NCBI GenBank assembly: GCA_038824035.1
Contig: JAWBBW010000013.1
Coordinates: 1 to 37,800 of the forward strand
From: Desulfurococcaceae archaeon
Lineage (GTDB): Archaea > Thermoproteota > Thermoprotei_A > Sulfolobales > Desulfurococcaceae
DNA length: 37,800 nt
Direction of reading: 5' to 3'
In this document: one piece after another, positions 1 to 11,373 of the stretch
Layout: each line of letters starts with the position of its first letter
Position numbering within the stretch: position 1 is the stretch's first letter
The notes under the pieces: generated by a model
Told to the model about the DNA's origin: nothing
The model's database searches: none
What the model saw: only the letters and a program-made list of their open reading frames with translations
Translations under genes and position numbers: made by a program

Positions 1-622
<622 letters not shown>

Positions 623-777
623 CTCACCTAGGGGTGAACTACATGTGATTAATGCATGGATCCCGCGAGATTCGTGCATAAATCCCATATTCCAGCCCCT
701 TCACAGCGCTCAATAAGTCTTTCCTCGTCCTATTCTCTTTTACCTGGTTCACACGTTGATAACACCGGGGATATTAT

Positions 778-1626
778 ATGGGGTTTAAACACTACCTGAG
801 CACTATGAGGCCATTTAATAGCCTTATGAGCGGCGTCGGCGTCATATTTACAGCTCTATTATGCTCCAAGTACACCGTGACAGGCATTGATAATGTATTG
901 CTACTCCTACTCGGTTTTTACACAGGTTTCGCAGTGACAGGTGCATCCATGGCAATAAACGACATAGTCGATGAGGAGGTAGATAGAATCAATAAACCGT
1001 GGAAACCATTACCAATGGGGTATGTCAATAGAAAATTTCTCATAACGACCTCGATCGCTATGGTCGTGTTAGCGTTATTGTTAAACGCACTCGTGGATAT
1101 CAAGTTGTTAGCAATTACATTGGTATACACGGTAATAGGGATCTCCTATAGCATGTTAAGAAAATACTGGTGGAGCCAGTTACTAGTGGCGTTATCTACA
1201 ACGGGGCCAATAATATATGGATATGTGTTATTCACTGCCAAGGATGTGTTAGCCTTAGTAGCCATGTTTTCCACGACAATATTCCTGGTGACATTGGCTC
1301 GTGAAATACTCAAGGCGATCCAAGACCTGGAAGGCGATAAGCTATGTGGATATAAAACAATACCCATTAAAATAGGAGTGAGAAAAGCCAAGCACCTCAT
1401 GATCATCGTAGCCGTTATGGGTGTGGCCATGGGTATTATAACAGGGGTGATAGCTACTACGAATATACTATATATGGTATTGATTGTGATATCAGGTTCA
1501 TTTTATTTACATAACATGATAAGAGCACATAGAAATACATCAAGGGAAATACTTGAAACAACCAGGAGGAATACATTAATATCGATGATGATGGGACTAG
1601 TGGCATTCTGGCTGAGCAGAGTATAA
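778..1626 (+). CDS. UbiA-family prenyltransferase, probably digeranylgeranylglyceryl phosphate (DGGGP) synthase
   Basis: Multi-TM protein with Asp-rich motifs NDIVDEEVDRINKPWKPLP and REILKAIQDLEGD...KTIP. Confidence 0.85.
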   Translation: MGFKHYLSTMRPFNSLMSGVGVIFTALLCSKYTVTGIDNVLLLLLGFYTGFAVTGASMAINDIVDEEVDRINKPWKPLPMGYVNRKFLITTSIAMVVLALLLNALVDIKLLAITLVYTVIGISYSMLRKYWWSQLLVALSTTGPIIYGYVLFTAKDVLALVAMFSTTIFLVTLAREILKAIQDLEGDKLCGYKTIPIKIGVRKAKHLMIIVAVMGVAMGIITGVIATTNILYMVLIVISGSFYLHNMIRAHRNTSREILETTRRNTLISMMMGLVAFWLSRV

Positions 1627-1695
1627 GTAATACAATGCAATTAATCATGGTTAAACATGATCCAAGGAATAACATGGAGAAATAAATTATGGCGA

Positions 1696-4170
1696 TTAAA
1701 CCCCAGCACTAGATCCCCGCTTTTTGTGAAGAGCCAAGGTAGCCATCATCATTGATATTATTGAGAAGATCATCGAAATAAGGGCAACGATGTATACAAT
1801 ACCCACGTCTCTGTTTAAATCATCGATTCTCCTGTTAAGATCGTTAATATTGATGACAACACTATTCACCGTTAGTAAGATCTCGTTATTCCTCTCCGTT
1901 ATATTGTCCAGAACAAGAGCAATATTATTCATTAAGCGCGTTATCTTATGGTCAACACTATAATTTATTTCATCGATCTTAGTTTCATATAGGTGAACGG
2001 CTTTCTCGAGATCGCTTCTATATGTGTCGATTACATGTTGTATAGGATCTTCTGGTAACAGCTTTATTACGAAGAGATAAAAATATTTCCTACCACCTAG
2101 AGATATTACGGCATTTAAAATGGCTATGTCATCTCTTGATAGGTTTTTCTCAACATAGATTTTAACCCTGTAAAGCGTCATATATACTCTTTCATAGTCG
2201 AGGACCTTTACCATGGATGCATTAGACTCCACAGGTTTGATATCTAGTAAAATAGCCTTATAGAGTCCTAGATTGATATATAGAAATCCCTCCTTTCCAG
2301 CTAAATAGTATGGCTCGGTGTAAAAGGACACAGGGATAGTCTCTGGGATAACTGGATTAATGTAAACTCTTCTCTCTATTGATATGTAAGGATAATTCCG
2401 GTCAATCAATTTAATCTTGTAGTAGCCTTCGCTAAGAAATGGTGTTATTAGGTTAACTGAGAGAGTACCACGTAGGTCGCTATGGGCTATTGAAAGAACA
2501 TTGTTTTCCAAATATATGACTAATTCATCGCCAATACCTAACCCTGAGGCAAAGATCTCTATCCCACCTCCAGGATAAGATGAACTCGTTGTAAGCATGA
2601 GTGGCAAAACCCTAATTAAACCTCTTCCATATACTCCATCGCCAATAACAGCTATGATGTTTCCATCCCGATGAGTGGGAGGTATAAATATGTCTATGCC
2701 TTCTTCATAGACCCCGCTATAAGCTAGGACACCGGATACGTAGACATCAATGTTCATGCCTCTGAAAATGCCTGATACTTGGATCTTAGCGTTGAAACCG
2801 GGCTGGATCACATTTGGCAAAACCGATATATTAACCTTAGATATATCCAAGCCCATAGCTCTCGAAACAGCGTAATAAGCATCTACTAAGCCGTGGCCCT
2901 CCCCAGGGGTGTTAGATTTAATACTCGATTCAACCAAGATATCATATATAATTTCAATGAGCAAGGGACCTTGGAACCCCCTCTCATGTAGAACGCTGTA
3001 TAAAAGGGCTGTAATACCTGAGATGATCGCTGTAGATGCACTAGTACCACTACCTATCAATAATAAGTTGCCAGGCCACGCGCCAGGAATATCTATACCT
3101 GGAGCTATAAAATCTGGTTTAACATACTTGCTGGGATAACGACCCTTGAATGGCCATTCCCCCGGTCCCTCTGGATATTCCACTTCACCATAACTGCTAA
3201 ACCATGCTACATTGTCGTTGAAATCGCTTGAACCACTACCTATGACCCCCCATATATTCCCAGGGCTCGAGGTCACATAGGGGCCGTTATTACCTATTGC
3301 GGCGACCGGTATTATACCGTTCTCCAATAGCTTTGAAATAGGGTTCAGGAAGACCTTAATATATTCTGCTTGGTCATGAGCGATATCAATGCCAAAGCTC
3401 ATGGATACTATATTTGGTTTTAGATCAAGTTTTCTGCCTTCACAATCATATGGATCGAGCGCCCACTCAAGACCAGCTAACACTTGTGCTAAATTACCAA
3501 ACCCACCTGGCATTATGTTGGCTACGATGAGTTTAGCACCTGGAGCAACCCCTAGTGGGTAACGCTCTGTGTCACCCCCAGCAATTATACTGGAGACCCA
3601 TGTCCCGTGACCTATTTTATCATGTGGTTTCGAGCAAACAGGATTGCCTTTGTTGTCGAACTCTATCCAACCAATGACCTTGTCTCTTAGTAATGGATGG
3701 GTTGGATCAATGCCTGTGTCTAATACAGCTATTATCGCATTAGAACCATTCACGCCAAGATATCTCCATACTAAGTCAACTCCAGTTCTTGATATAGCCC
3801 ATGACCAATATTTCGCGTATGTTTTGTTTGAACTAACGACCTCTTCTTGGAAATCCTCAAAACTAAGTATTTTTAATCTGCCATGAACCCAGCTCACGGA
3901 TACATTTACATTAGGTGAAACATGGTAACCGAGTTGCTTTAAATAACTTACCTTGTTAATAGGACATGTAGCTAGAACTATGTTAAAATATCTATACTGT
4001 CTAATAACCACGCAACCAGGTATAGCGGATAATTCGAGTTTTCCATTAGGAGCAACGATTAACACCTCCTCTAAGTTCTTTGAAATATCCGAGTAGGTAA
4101 CTAGGCATTGGGGGTACAAGATAAGGGAAAATGTTAATACGAGTAGCAAAAGGACTCTGAAAATACACAT
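1696..4170 (-). CDS. Secreted, membrane-anchored subtilisin-like S8 serine protease
   Basis: N-terminal signal peptide; triad motifs VLDTGID, GHGTWVSSIIAG, SGTSAS; oxyanion AIGNNG; KPDFIAPG; C-terminal heptad-rich segment, TM helix and basic tail. Confidence 0.92.
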   Translation of the reverse strand: MCIFRVLLLLVLTFSLILYPQCLVTYSDISKNLEEVLIVAPNGKLELSAIPGCVVIRQYRYFNIVLATCPINKVSYLKQLGYHVSPNVNVSVSWVHGRLKILSFEDFQEEVVSSNKTYAKYWSWAISRTGVDLVWRYLGVNGSNAIIAVLDTGIDPTHPLLRDKVIGWIEFDNKGNPVCSKPHDKIGHGTWVSSIIAGGDTERYPLGVAPGAKLIVANIMPGGFGNLAQVLAGLEWALDPYDCEGRKLDLKPNIVSMSFGIDIAHDQAEYIKVFLNPISKLLENGIIPVAAIGNNGPYVTSSPGNIWGVIGSGSSDFNDNVAWFSSYGEVEYPEGPGEWPFKGRYPSKYVKPDFIAPGIDIPGAWPGNLLLIGSGTSASTAIISGITALLYSVLHERGFQGPLLIEIIYDILVESSIKSNTPGEGHGLVDAYYAVSRAMGLDISKVNISVLPNVIQPGFNAKIQVSGIFRGMNIDVYVSGVLAYSGVYEEGIDIFIPPTHRDGNIIAVIGDGVYGRGLIRVLPLMLTTSSSYPGGGIEIFASGLGIGDELVIYLENNVLSIAHSDLRGTLSVNLITPFLSEGYYKIKLIDRNYPYISIERRVYINPVIPETIPVSFYTEPYYLAGKEGFLYINLGLYKAILLDIKPVESNASMVKVLDYERVYMTLYRVKIYVEKNLSRDDIAILNAVISLGGRKYFYLFVIKLLPEDPIQHVIDTYRSDLEKAVHLYETKIDEINYSVDHKITRLMNNIALVLDNITERNNEILLTVNSVVININDLNRRIDDLNRDVGIVYIVALISMIFSIISMMMATLALHKKRGSSAGV

Positions 4171-4378
4171 TGCCTACACCTGGAGTATAATATGATGAGT
4201 TGCCCTTAATATTGGGAATACATAACATAGAAATAACCCAGCATACGAACACTGGATAGAAAGAATAAGGCATTGGTATTGCTCACTATTTTCAATAAAC
4301 TATGTAAAAGATCCATATCATGCGGAAAATATCTGCCTAAAAATATTTTAACCATTTATAGTCTTGACAATTTAAAGG

Positions 4379-5167
4379 GTGTTTAAGCTGCTTCAAGACG
4401 ATATCATTGAAATACTTGATAAAAATCTCAGAGGAGATAAACCAAGCATAGTCTTTACAGATATAGATGGCGTTTTAACGATAAAAAGGGGTAGTTACGC
4501 GCTGGAGCTTGATGTTATAAGGTTATTGAGAGATGTGGAGAAATATGATATACCGATATGTCTGATTTCAGGTAATGCTTATCCAGTTGTATTGACATTG
4601 CAAAGATATTTAGGGCTTTCACCAATATTTGTGGCAGAGAATGGGTGTGTTATCCAGGTCTACAAAGAACTGATTGTTCTTTGCAAAGAATCATTGGATT
4701 ATATTGTAGAGGAAATACGAAGGGATTTCGGCCTAGAGGAATCAAGTAGCAATAGGTATAGGTTATGCGACAGGGCTTTTCATATACCAGCTGAAATAAG
4801 AACTGATCCCAAGAAAGTTAGAGAACTTGAGAAACAAATAATGGAGAAATATCCAAACATATACGCGCTTTACACTGGTTATGTATTACATATATATCCA
4901 AAGTATTGCTCAAAGAGCAGAGGAATGGAAATCATAGCTGAGAAATTATACATAGATCTCTCTAAGTCTATAGCAATAGGAGATAGTGTGACAGATTATG
5001 ATATGATCAAGACAGCCGGCATAGGGGTCGTGGTCGGCGATGCCGATGAGGAGATAAAGAGAGATGCCACTATAATACTTCCATACAATGCGGGTATGTC
5101 TACAAGGTATTTCCTAGAACAATTATTGTCTTATTTAAAAAGGACTAAGATAAATAAGCTTACATAG
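4379..5167 (+). CDS. HAD-superfamily IIB hydrolase (archaeal phosphoglycolate phosphatase / SPP-like)
   Basis: Motifs FTDIDGVLT, ISGN, VAENG, SKSRG, AIGDSVTDYDM. Confidence 0.88.
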   Translation: MFKLLQDDIIEILDKNLRGDKPSIVFTDIDGVLTIKRGSYALELDVIRLLRDVEKYDIPICLISGNAYPVVLTLQRYLGLSPIFVAENGCVIQVYKELIVLCKESLDYIVEEIRRDFGLEESSSNRYRLCDRAFHIPAEIRTDPKKVRELEKQIMEKYPNIYALYTGYVLHIYPKYCSKSRGMEIIAEKLYIDLSKSIAIGDSVTDYDMIKTAGIGVVVGDADEEIKRDATIILPYNAGMSTRYFLEQLLSYLKRTKINKLT

Positions 5168-5198
5168 CACAGATTGTGTTATGAGGAGTGGGAATGTT

Positions 5199-5828
5199 TT
5201 AGATAACACCTCTCTCAGTTACCATCTTTTTGATCCTAAGCGTACGCAAAGAATCCTCCCTGTAAAGCTCTTCAAATCGTAATGATAAATATTTTATCGT
5301 ATTCCTCAGTCTGGGTATATATACCTTTTCAAGGATATTAGCAATCCTTTTTAATCTTAGTATCTCATTACCTATGTTAAACATTTCTTTTTCATATTCT
5401 GCTATTTTGAATAGTAGCTCAAGGATCTCCTTTCTTCTCGCCTGTAGATCGGCTAGTTCTATTGGCACGGCCTGGGATGATGTGGGTATATTTACTATTT
5501 CAAAACTATATGTCCAAACCCCGCTTATGTTTTTATAATTAGTTTTAACCACCAGGTCGGATGATACAGTATTGGCGGCTTTCTCAAGTAGGTAATATCC
5601 GTGTAGACTGATTGCATCATAGTATTTCGTATAAAGCTCGACGAGCAGTTCATTCAATCTCCTACGCGCGTCATAGGATTTTCTCAAGACCTCGCGAAAT
5701 GCCTGCACTAGGAATACAACTCTCTCTTTTACTATTTCATGGTATTTTATAGCTAATCTCAATCTTCTCTTTAATCTTAGAAGTTCTATTTTTGTTGGTC
5801 GAGGGATTTTAATGATCTTTGAACTCAT
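5199..5828 (-). CDS. atpD: A/V-type ATP synthase subunit D
   Basis: [15 protein letters not shown]-terminus, [12 protein letters not shown]...L.FEELYRE; last gene of the operon. Confidence 0.93.
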   Translation of the reverse strand: MSSKIIKIPRPTKIELLRLKRRLRLAIKYHEIVKERVVFLVQAFREVLRKSYDARRRLNELLVELYTKYYDAISLHGYYLLEKAANTVSSDLVVKTNYKNISGVWTYSFEIVNIPTSSQAVPIELADLQARRKEILELLFKIAEYEKEMFNIGNEILRLKRIANILEKVYIPRLRNTIKYLSLRFEELYREDSLRTLRIKKMVTERGVI

Positions 5829-7237
5829 TTAGATCCTCTTTGTCGATATTTTGGATGGTATTTCTTTATTAATTCGTATCTCATTCTCGTTAATTCCTCC
5901 TCTGGCAATATGGACAATAGCTCCCAGGCGATGTCGAGTGTTTCTTCAATGGTTCTTCTCTCGTATTCTCCTTGATTAATGAACCTTGACTCGAATAGGT
6001 CAGCGAACTCTAAATATTTTTTATCTCTATTAGTCAAAGATTCCTCCCCAATTATCGCTATTATCTCTCTTAATCTCTGCCCCTCTGAATAAGATGCCAT
6101 TAATTGCGAGAATACCGATGGATGATCCTCTCTTGTCTTACCCTCGCCAATACCTTCTTTCATCATTCTCGAAAGTGAAAGGAACACGTCTACTGGTGGA
6201 TATATGCCTTTTCTCCAAAGGTCCCTTGACAACACTATTTGCCCTTCTGTGATATAACCTGTTAGATCTGGTATTGGGTGAGTTATGTCATCGTCAGGCA
6301 TAGTTAATATAGGCATTATTGTTATACTGCCCTTTTTGCTCTCGACTCTCCCAGCTCTCTCATATATGGTGGCCAGGTCTGTGTAGAGATAGCCTGGATA
6401 ACCCCTCCTTCCTGGCACCTCCTCTCTAGCTGCCGAGATCTCTCTCAAAGACTCTACGTAATTGGTCATATCTGTCAATATCACCAAGACATGCATGTCA
6501 TACCTCCATGCTAAGAACTCTGCAACGGTAAGTGCTGTTCTAGGGAGTGCAAGTTTCTCCACGGGTGGCGCAGAAGCTGGCGCTAAAAACGCGATGGTTC
6601 TATCCATAACGCCCATATTTCTTAGTTCATTTAGGAAATACATAGCTTCCTCATGGGTAACCCCTATAGCGCCGAACACTACTGCGAATTTCTCAACGCT
6701 TCCTTTCACACTGGCTTGTCTAACTATCTGCATAGATATTTTGTTATGTGGTAAACCACTACCAGAGAATATGGGGAGTTTCTGGCCTCTTACAAGGGTT
6801 AACATGCCATCTATGACGGATATGCCTGTTTCTATGAATTCCGAGGGAGGGATTCTAAGTGCTGGGTTCAAAGGCGAGCCATGGATATCTAAATAGTCCT
6901 CGGGAATAATGGAAGGACCTTTGTCTATTGGTATTGCTAACCCATTTAATATCCTACCCACCATATCAAAGGAGACACCTATGCTCAACTTCTCCCCTTT
7001 GAATTTAACAACTGATTTACCAGGTGCGATTCCCTGTGTAGAACCGAACACCTGGATCACGGCAATATCTCTGCTTATATCTACAATTTGACCTATCCTG
7101 GTTTCCCCATTTATCTCGATCTCAACTAGCTCGCCGTACATCACGTTGCCCAATGATCTTACAAATATCAAGGAACCCTTGGCGCCTACGATTTGTCGGC
7201 TTTTTCTAATTAAAAGCTTGGTTTTAGCCGTATTCAT
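5825..7237 (-). CDS. atpB: A/V-type ATP synthase subunit B
   Basis: [57 protein letters not shown]. Confidence 0.98.
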   Translation of the reverse strand: MNTAKTKLLIRKSRQIVGAKGSLIFVRSLGNVMYGELVEIEINGETRIGQIVDISRDIAVIQVFGSTQGIAPGKSVVKFKGEKLSIGVSFDMVGRILNGLAIPIDKGPSIIPEDYLDIHGSPLNPALRIPPSEFIETGISVIDGMLTLVRGQKLPIFSGSGLPHNKISMQIVRQASVKGSVEKFAVVFGAIGVTHEEAMYFLNELRNMGVMDRTIAFLAPASAPPVEKLALPRTALTVAEFLAWRYDMHVLVILTDMTNYVESLREISAAREEVPGRRGYPGYLYTDLATIYERAGRVESKKGSITIMPILTMPDDDITHPIPDLTGYITEGQIVLSRDLWRKGIYPPVDVFLSLSRMMKEGIGEGKTREDHPSVFSQLMASYSEGQRLREIIAIIGEESLTNRDKKYLEFADLFESRFINQGEYERRTIEETLDIAWELLSILPEEELTRMRYELIKKYHPKYRQRGSK

Positions 7238-9014
7238 ACTTGCCCACCATCTCCTTTAACTCCTCTCTAAATTTCGTCATGAAGTCCTGGTATAGTTTTC
7301 TAGCCTCTTCTAGATCGTAAAGCTTAAGTTTATAGATAATATATGGGCTTTTCAATTCCCTGATCTTGAAGAAAGGTATTCCTTTGGATATCAGTTCTTG
7401 TGCTTTCTCATAGAATTCCATGATTGCATTCATTATTAACAAACCCTTTTCAAGGGGGGAATACGCGTCGTATGGATCAAAAGCATTTTGCTGGAGGAAA
7501 CCCTCTCTTATCATACGTGCTACTTCAAGTAGGAGCTTGTCATCCTCTGGTAAAGTCTCCACTCCTACGAGCCTTACTATGTCCAAGAGCTCTGACTCTC
7601 TCTGTAGGATTCTTAGAAAAGTGTTCCTATAATATGTCCATTTGCCAGCTGAGATGTCATTTAAATATTGTGCTATGAAGTCTACATATAGGCTATAACT
7701 GATAAGCCAATCTATGGCTGGGAAATGTCTACGAGTAGCGAGATCGTAGCTAAGTGCATATAGGCTTTGGACAAATCTGAGAGTATTCCTCACAACTGGT
7801 TCACTGAAATCACCGCCAGGTGGTGATACAGATGCAAATATAGTCACGCTACCCGTTCTTGCGGGGTTGCCTAACGCCTTGACCTTTCCAGCTCTTTCAT
7901 AGAACTCTGCTAATCTACTTGTCAGATAAGCAGGGAATCCTTCTTCACCAGGCATCTCTTCCATTCTACTGCTGATCTCTCTCATGGCCTCTGCCCATCT
8001 ACTAGTTGAATCGGCTACTAGTAACACATCATATCCCATGTCCCGGATGTACTCTCCTAGGGTAATACCGAGTAGCACACTTGTTTCACGTGCTGCCACA
8101 GGCATGTTGCTAGTATTAGCGATGAAAATACTTCTCTCCATTACTGGCCTGCCTTTTCTCATATCAATTAACTTGTTAAAGCTCTTAAGGGCATCTGCCA
8201 TTTCATTGCCTCTTTCACCACATCCCACGAAGATGACAACATCTGCATGGGACCATTTAGCTAGTTGTTGTAGAATGATTGTCTTGCCGGTGCCGAAACC
8301 GCCTGGAACAGCCGCCTTGCCGCCCTTTGCCATTGGGAATAACAGATCTATTGTTCTAATACCAGTTATGAACAATTCGTTTGGCGATAACTTCTCTGAA
8401 TATGGTCTTGGCTTTCTTATAGGCCAGGTGTGATACATTTTAACCTCTATTTCTTTTCCATCGTTTTCTACAATTGCAATCGTGTCCTCGACTCTGTAAT
8501 CACCATCATCCATTACATATTTTAGGTGACCGTGAATATACGGTGGGATCATTATCTTGTGTAGAAAAATCGGTGTTTCCTGGACATAGCCTAAGATGTC
8601 TCCTGGACCTACTTTGTCCCCTATTTTAAGGCTCTTTTCCCTCGTAAAGTTCCATTTTTTATCTCGATCCAGCGAAGTTATTTTCACGCCTTTTCTAATG
8701 AAAATATCATTTAATATCCTACCTATTTCTGTCTCTGGCCTTTGTAACCCATCATATATAGATGATATGATGCCTGGACCTAATTCAGCTGATATAGGTT
8801 TTCCAGTCGCCTCCACTTTCTCGCCTATGGTCAATCCACTTGTCTCTTCATAGACCTGTATATATGTTTTATCACCTCTTATCGCAATGATCTCGCCGAA
8901 AAGCCCCTCTTCCCCTACATACACAGCCTCGTACATGAAGGGCCTTGGAATGCCCTCTGCTATAACTAGTGGGCCAGATATTCTATAGATTTTTCCAATG
9001 CGTGTAGTGCTCAC
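7224..9014 (-). CDS. atpA: A/V-type ATP synthase subunit A (catalytic); no intein
   Basis: P-loop [43 protein letters not shown]. Confidence 0.98.
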   Translation of the reverse strand: MSTTRIGKIYRISGPLVIAEGIPRPFMYEAVYVGEEGLFGEIIAIRGDKTYIQVYEETSGLTIGEKVEATGKPISAELGPGIISSIYDGLQRPETEIGRILNDIFIRKGVKITSLDRDKKWNFTREKSLKIGDKVGPGDILGYVQETPIFLHKIMIPPYIHGHLKYVMDDGDYRVEDTIAIVENDGKEIEVKMYHTWPIRKPRPYSEKLSPNELFITGIRTIDLLFPMAKGGKAAVPGGFGTGKTIILQQLAKWSHADVVIFVGCGERGNEMADALKSFNKLIDMRKGRPVMERSIFIANTSNMPVAARETSVLLGITLGEYIRDMGYDVLLVADSTSRWAEAMREISSRMEEMPGEEGFPAYLTSRLAEFYERAGKVKALGNPARTGSVTIFASVSPPGGDFSEPVVRNTLRFVQSLYALSYDLATRRHFPAIDWLISYSLYVDFIAQYLNDISAGKWTYYRNTFLRILQRESELLDIVRLVGVETLPEDDKLLLEVARMIREGFLQQNAFDPYDAYSPLEKGLLIMNAIMEFYEKAQELISKGIPFFKIRELKSPYIIYKLKLYDLEEARKLYQDFMTKFREELKEMVGKYEYG

Positions 9015-9346
9015 GTTATCTCCACCTCATATCCGAGTAGTTTGATCGCGAATTTTTTATAATACGTTAGTGGATCTTTACTTATATTACCATGTGAATC
9101 TGGAATTATTACTACTGGGGGATATAGGCCTTTTCTATTCAAAAGAGAGAAGTCATGATTTTCTGGGAGAAGGCTTTCTTCCACGAAAACAACAGCTGTG
9201 TCTTCTCGTTCAATAAGCTCCTTTAATTTATTTAACGTGTTCTCTTTGTTTTCAATAACGATGATATCATTTATACCAAGTATTTTATAAAACGGTATCG
9301 TATCCCTTTTTGCAATTACGAATACCTTGGTCCTCTCGATTACCAT
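9011..9346 (-). CDS. atpF: A/V-type ATP synthase subunit F
   Basis: 111 aa; KVFVIA..DT...YKILG, D.AVVFVEE, YPPVVIIPD; directly upstream of atpA. Confidence 0.85.
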   Translation of the reverse strand: MVIERTKVFVIAKRDTIPFYKILGINDIIVIENKENTLNKLKELIEREDTAVVFVEESLLPENHDFSLLNRKGLYPPVVIIPDSHGNISKDPLTYYKKFAIKLLGYEVEIT

Positions 9347-10194
9347 TTCAAAAGACCTCTGGTGACTAAATATCGCAATGTATACGCTTCATAATATCTT
9401 GTCACCAGATAAAATGTTAATAGAGAGAGGAGATCATTTGAATAATATAGCTCGTTTTTCAAAAACCAGTAAATCTCTTTGGCTTCATTGATGAATTGAA
9501 ATAATGGGTTCGAGGAATACTTTTCCCATGTTTTTTCAAGTATATTAACACATCTCCATAAAATGTACTCATCAATCTCCTTGAACATCTCATATCTTTT
9601 TTTCAGAAAATCTGAGGAAACGATTTGCCTTACAATTCCAATTTTTTTCTCGTTTTCCAAATACCTAATATATTTCGACATTGCTATGGTCATCGCACTT
9701 GCAAGGGCCTTTCCACGTCTACCTTGTAATACAGTTACATGGTCGTTTATTTTTCTAATAATACGTTCTAATACACATGTATATATTTCAAATGGATCTT
9801 TTGTAATACATGAGTTGTAACCACGTAGCTCATCGGTACCAGGCCCAGTTATTCCACGGCTCTTGGAATAAAGTGATGCGTATATCTCATCCACTATGAA
9901 AAACTCGAAGAAAGTATCAATATACATAGCGTACTTATGAGGTAGCAGGGACCCTATGTTGCGTAACTCCTCTCTGTAAAGTTCGGTTATCTTTAAACCT
10001 ATTTCTAAGGGGTCCCTAACACTGAGTAAATATTGTAACCATGATCTCACGTATGGTCTAGAGATCATTGATATAACATCCATTTCCTTGTTTTCCAATA
10101 TACTGGAGATAAGTTCTTCAATCAAAGGGGGCTTGGATAATTCGATGTAAAGCAAGCTGAGACCATAATTTTGGGAAAAGCTTTGTTTAATCAA
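9340..10194 (-). CDS. atpC: Probable ATP synthase subunit C (highly divergent)
   Basis: Assigned by position between E and F in a tightly coupled operon; helical 284 aa; no clear motif recognised. Confidence 0.5.
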   Translation of the reverse strand: MIKQSFSQNYGLSLLYIELSKPPLIEELISSILENKEMDVISMISRPYVRSWLQYLLSVRDPLEIGLKITELYREELRNIGSLLPHKYAMYIDTFFEFFIVDEIYASLYSKSRGITGPGTDELRGYNSCITKDPFEIYTCVLERIIRKINDHVTVLQGRRGKALASAMTIAMSKYIRYLENEKKIGIVRQIVSSDFLKKRYEMFKEIDEYILWRCVNILEKTWEKYSSNPLFQFINEAKEIYWFLKNELYYSNDLLSLLTFYLVTRYYEAYTLRYLVTRGLLKW

Positions 10195-10195
10195 A

Positions 10196-10792
10196 CTAGG
10201 TAACCCTGTATAATTCTGGTAGGATAAATCTCAGTGCTTTTTCAAATCTACTCTCATATGAATTATCTATGACCACTTCATCATTACAGCATGATAATAT
10301 TGTGCCCCCCTTTATATCGATTGGTTCGATCCTGCTTATATCTATGGTACGACCAAGAAATTCAGGGGAACTAATGATCTCTTTTATTAATGGAATATCT
10401 TTTTCACTTACCTTTATCACAATATTCCACGGCTCATTCACAGTGAAAAATAACTCCTCTATGGATTCTCTCAGGATATTTTTGAGCGATTCTCTCCTCT
10501 TTTCAAGATCTAGTGAATTAATTATCTCCAACGCGTTTTTCTTTATTGCTTCCACGATCTCATTCTTGGCCATTAGGATAAGCGCTCTTGCCCTTAATCT
10601 CGCCTCGGAAAGTCTTACCTCAGCTTTTATGGATTCTATGATCTTTTTCCTCTCTTCTTCTATTAGCCGATTTTTCTTCTCTATTGCTTCTTTGATTATC
10701 TTAGATGCCTCTTCCTCGGCTTTTCTCAAGATCTCGTTTGCCTCAAAACTCGCTCTCTCGATCACAGCTTTACGTATCTCTTCAATGTTCAT
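10196..10792 (-). CDS. atpE: A/V-type ATP synthase subunit E
   Basis: Long N-terminal coiled coil; C-terminal IDIKGG.IL...VVIDNSYESR motif; GGAGG RBS upstream. Confidence 0.92.
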   Translation of the reverse strand: MNIEEIRKAVIERASFEANEILRKAEEEASKIIKEAIEKKNRLIEEERKKIIESIKAEVRLSEARLRARALILMAKNEIVEAIKKNALEIINSLDLEKRRESLKNILRESIEELFFTVNEPWNIVIKVSEKDIPLIKEIISSPEFLGRTIDISRIEPIDIKGGTILSCCNDEVVIDNSYESRFEKALRFILPELYRVT

Positions 10793-10814
10793 TAACCTCC
10801 CTCCAAAACCATTG

Positions 10815-11369
10815 TTACATTAATGCGAAAGAAACAAGTAGTCCAAACACCATACCTAAGATACCAATGAGTTCTTCGTAAGCAGCTAATATTATTCCAC
10901 TACTAAATATACCTCCTCTAGTCTTTATAAGCTGAGATGCTACATAGCCACATACTCTTCCTTGCATCCATGCTGAGAACATTTCAGCAAATCCCACTAC
11001 TAGGCTTATCCCAAATATAGCTCCAGCTATATGAGGAGGTATTGTCTGATATTTAGCTAATATTTGTGGCAATATGAGATTATATGAGAGGAACATGTAT
11101 ACGAATCCATATAGTAGAGTTTGAGACATTGGCAACATTGCCAGTGCAAATACCCTGCCCCTATAGGCAGGGTCCTCTGATATCGTGGGTATGCCAGATG
11201 CTATTGCCTCAGACATACCCAGGGCACTTCCAGCAGTGGCAAGGGCCTCAGCGATACCCGGCCCTATATATGCGATCAATGTCGAGTACTCCACATCAGT
11301 CACCATGTTATGAGCAATACCATGGAGAATTACAATTAAAGGCGGCTTTAATAAAATTTCGGAGATCAC
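10815..11369 (-). CDS. atpK: ATP synthase proteolipid subunit K/c, duplicated four-helix V-type form (true start may be the ATG at 11306, 163 aa)
   Basis: GSALG...A...EDP, LPMSQTLLYG in hairpin 1; SAWMQG and AAYEELIGILG in hairpin 2. Confidence 0.9.
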   Translation of the reverse strand: MISEILLKPPLIVILHGIAHNMVTDVEYSTLIAYIGPGIAEALATAGSALGMSEAIASGIPTISEDPAYRGRVFALAMLPMSQTLLYGFVYMFLSYNLILPQILAKYQTIPPHIAGAIFGISLVVGFAEMFSAWMQGRVCGYVASQLIKTRGGIFSSGIILAAYEELIGILGMVFGLLVSFALM

Positions 11370-11373
11370 CGCT

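Noticed and set aside
624-710. Hairpins after the 23S (CACCTAGGGGTG; ATGCATGGATC...GATTCGTGCAT) as a possible novel ncRNA or 5S rRNA
   Set aside because: No 5S motifs; best explained as the ordinary 3' trailer and processing stems of the pre-rRNA.
1644-1661. ATCATG-N6-CATGAT inverted repeat between convergent genes
   Set aside because: Only 6 AT-rich base pairs; expected by chance and not supportable as a terminator.
4192-4256. ATGATGA followed by an 8-nt match to 23S (TTGCCCTT) as a possible second C/D sRNA
   Set aside because: No D box (CTGA) or C'/D' pair at a suitable distance.
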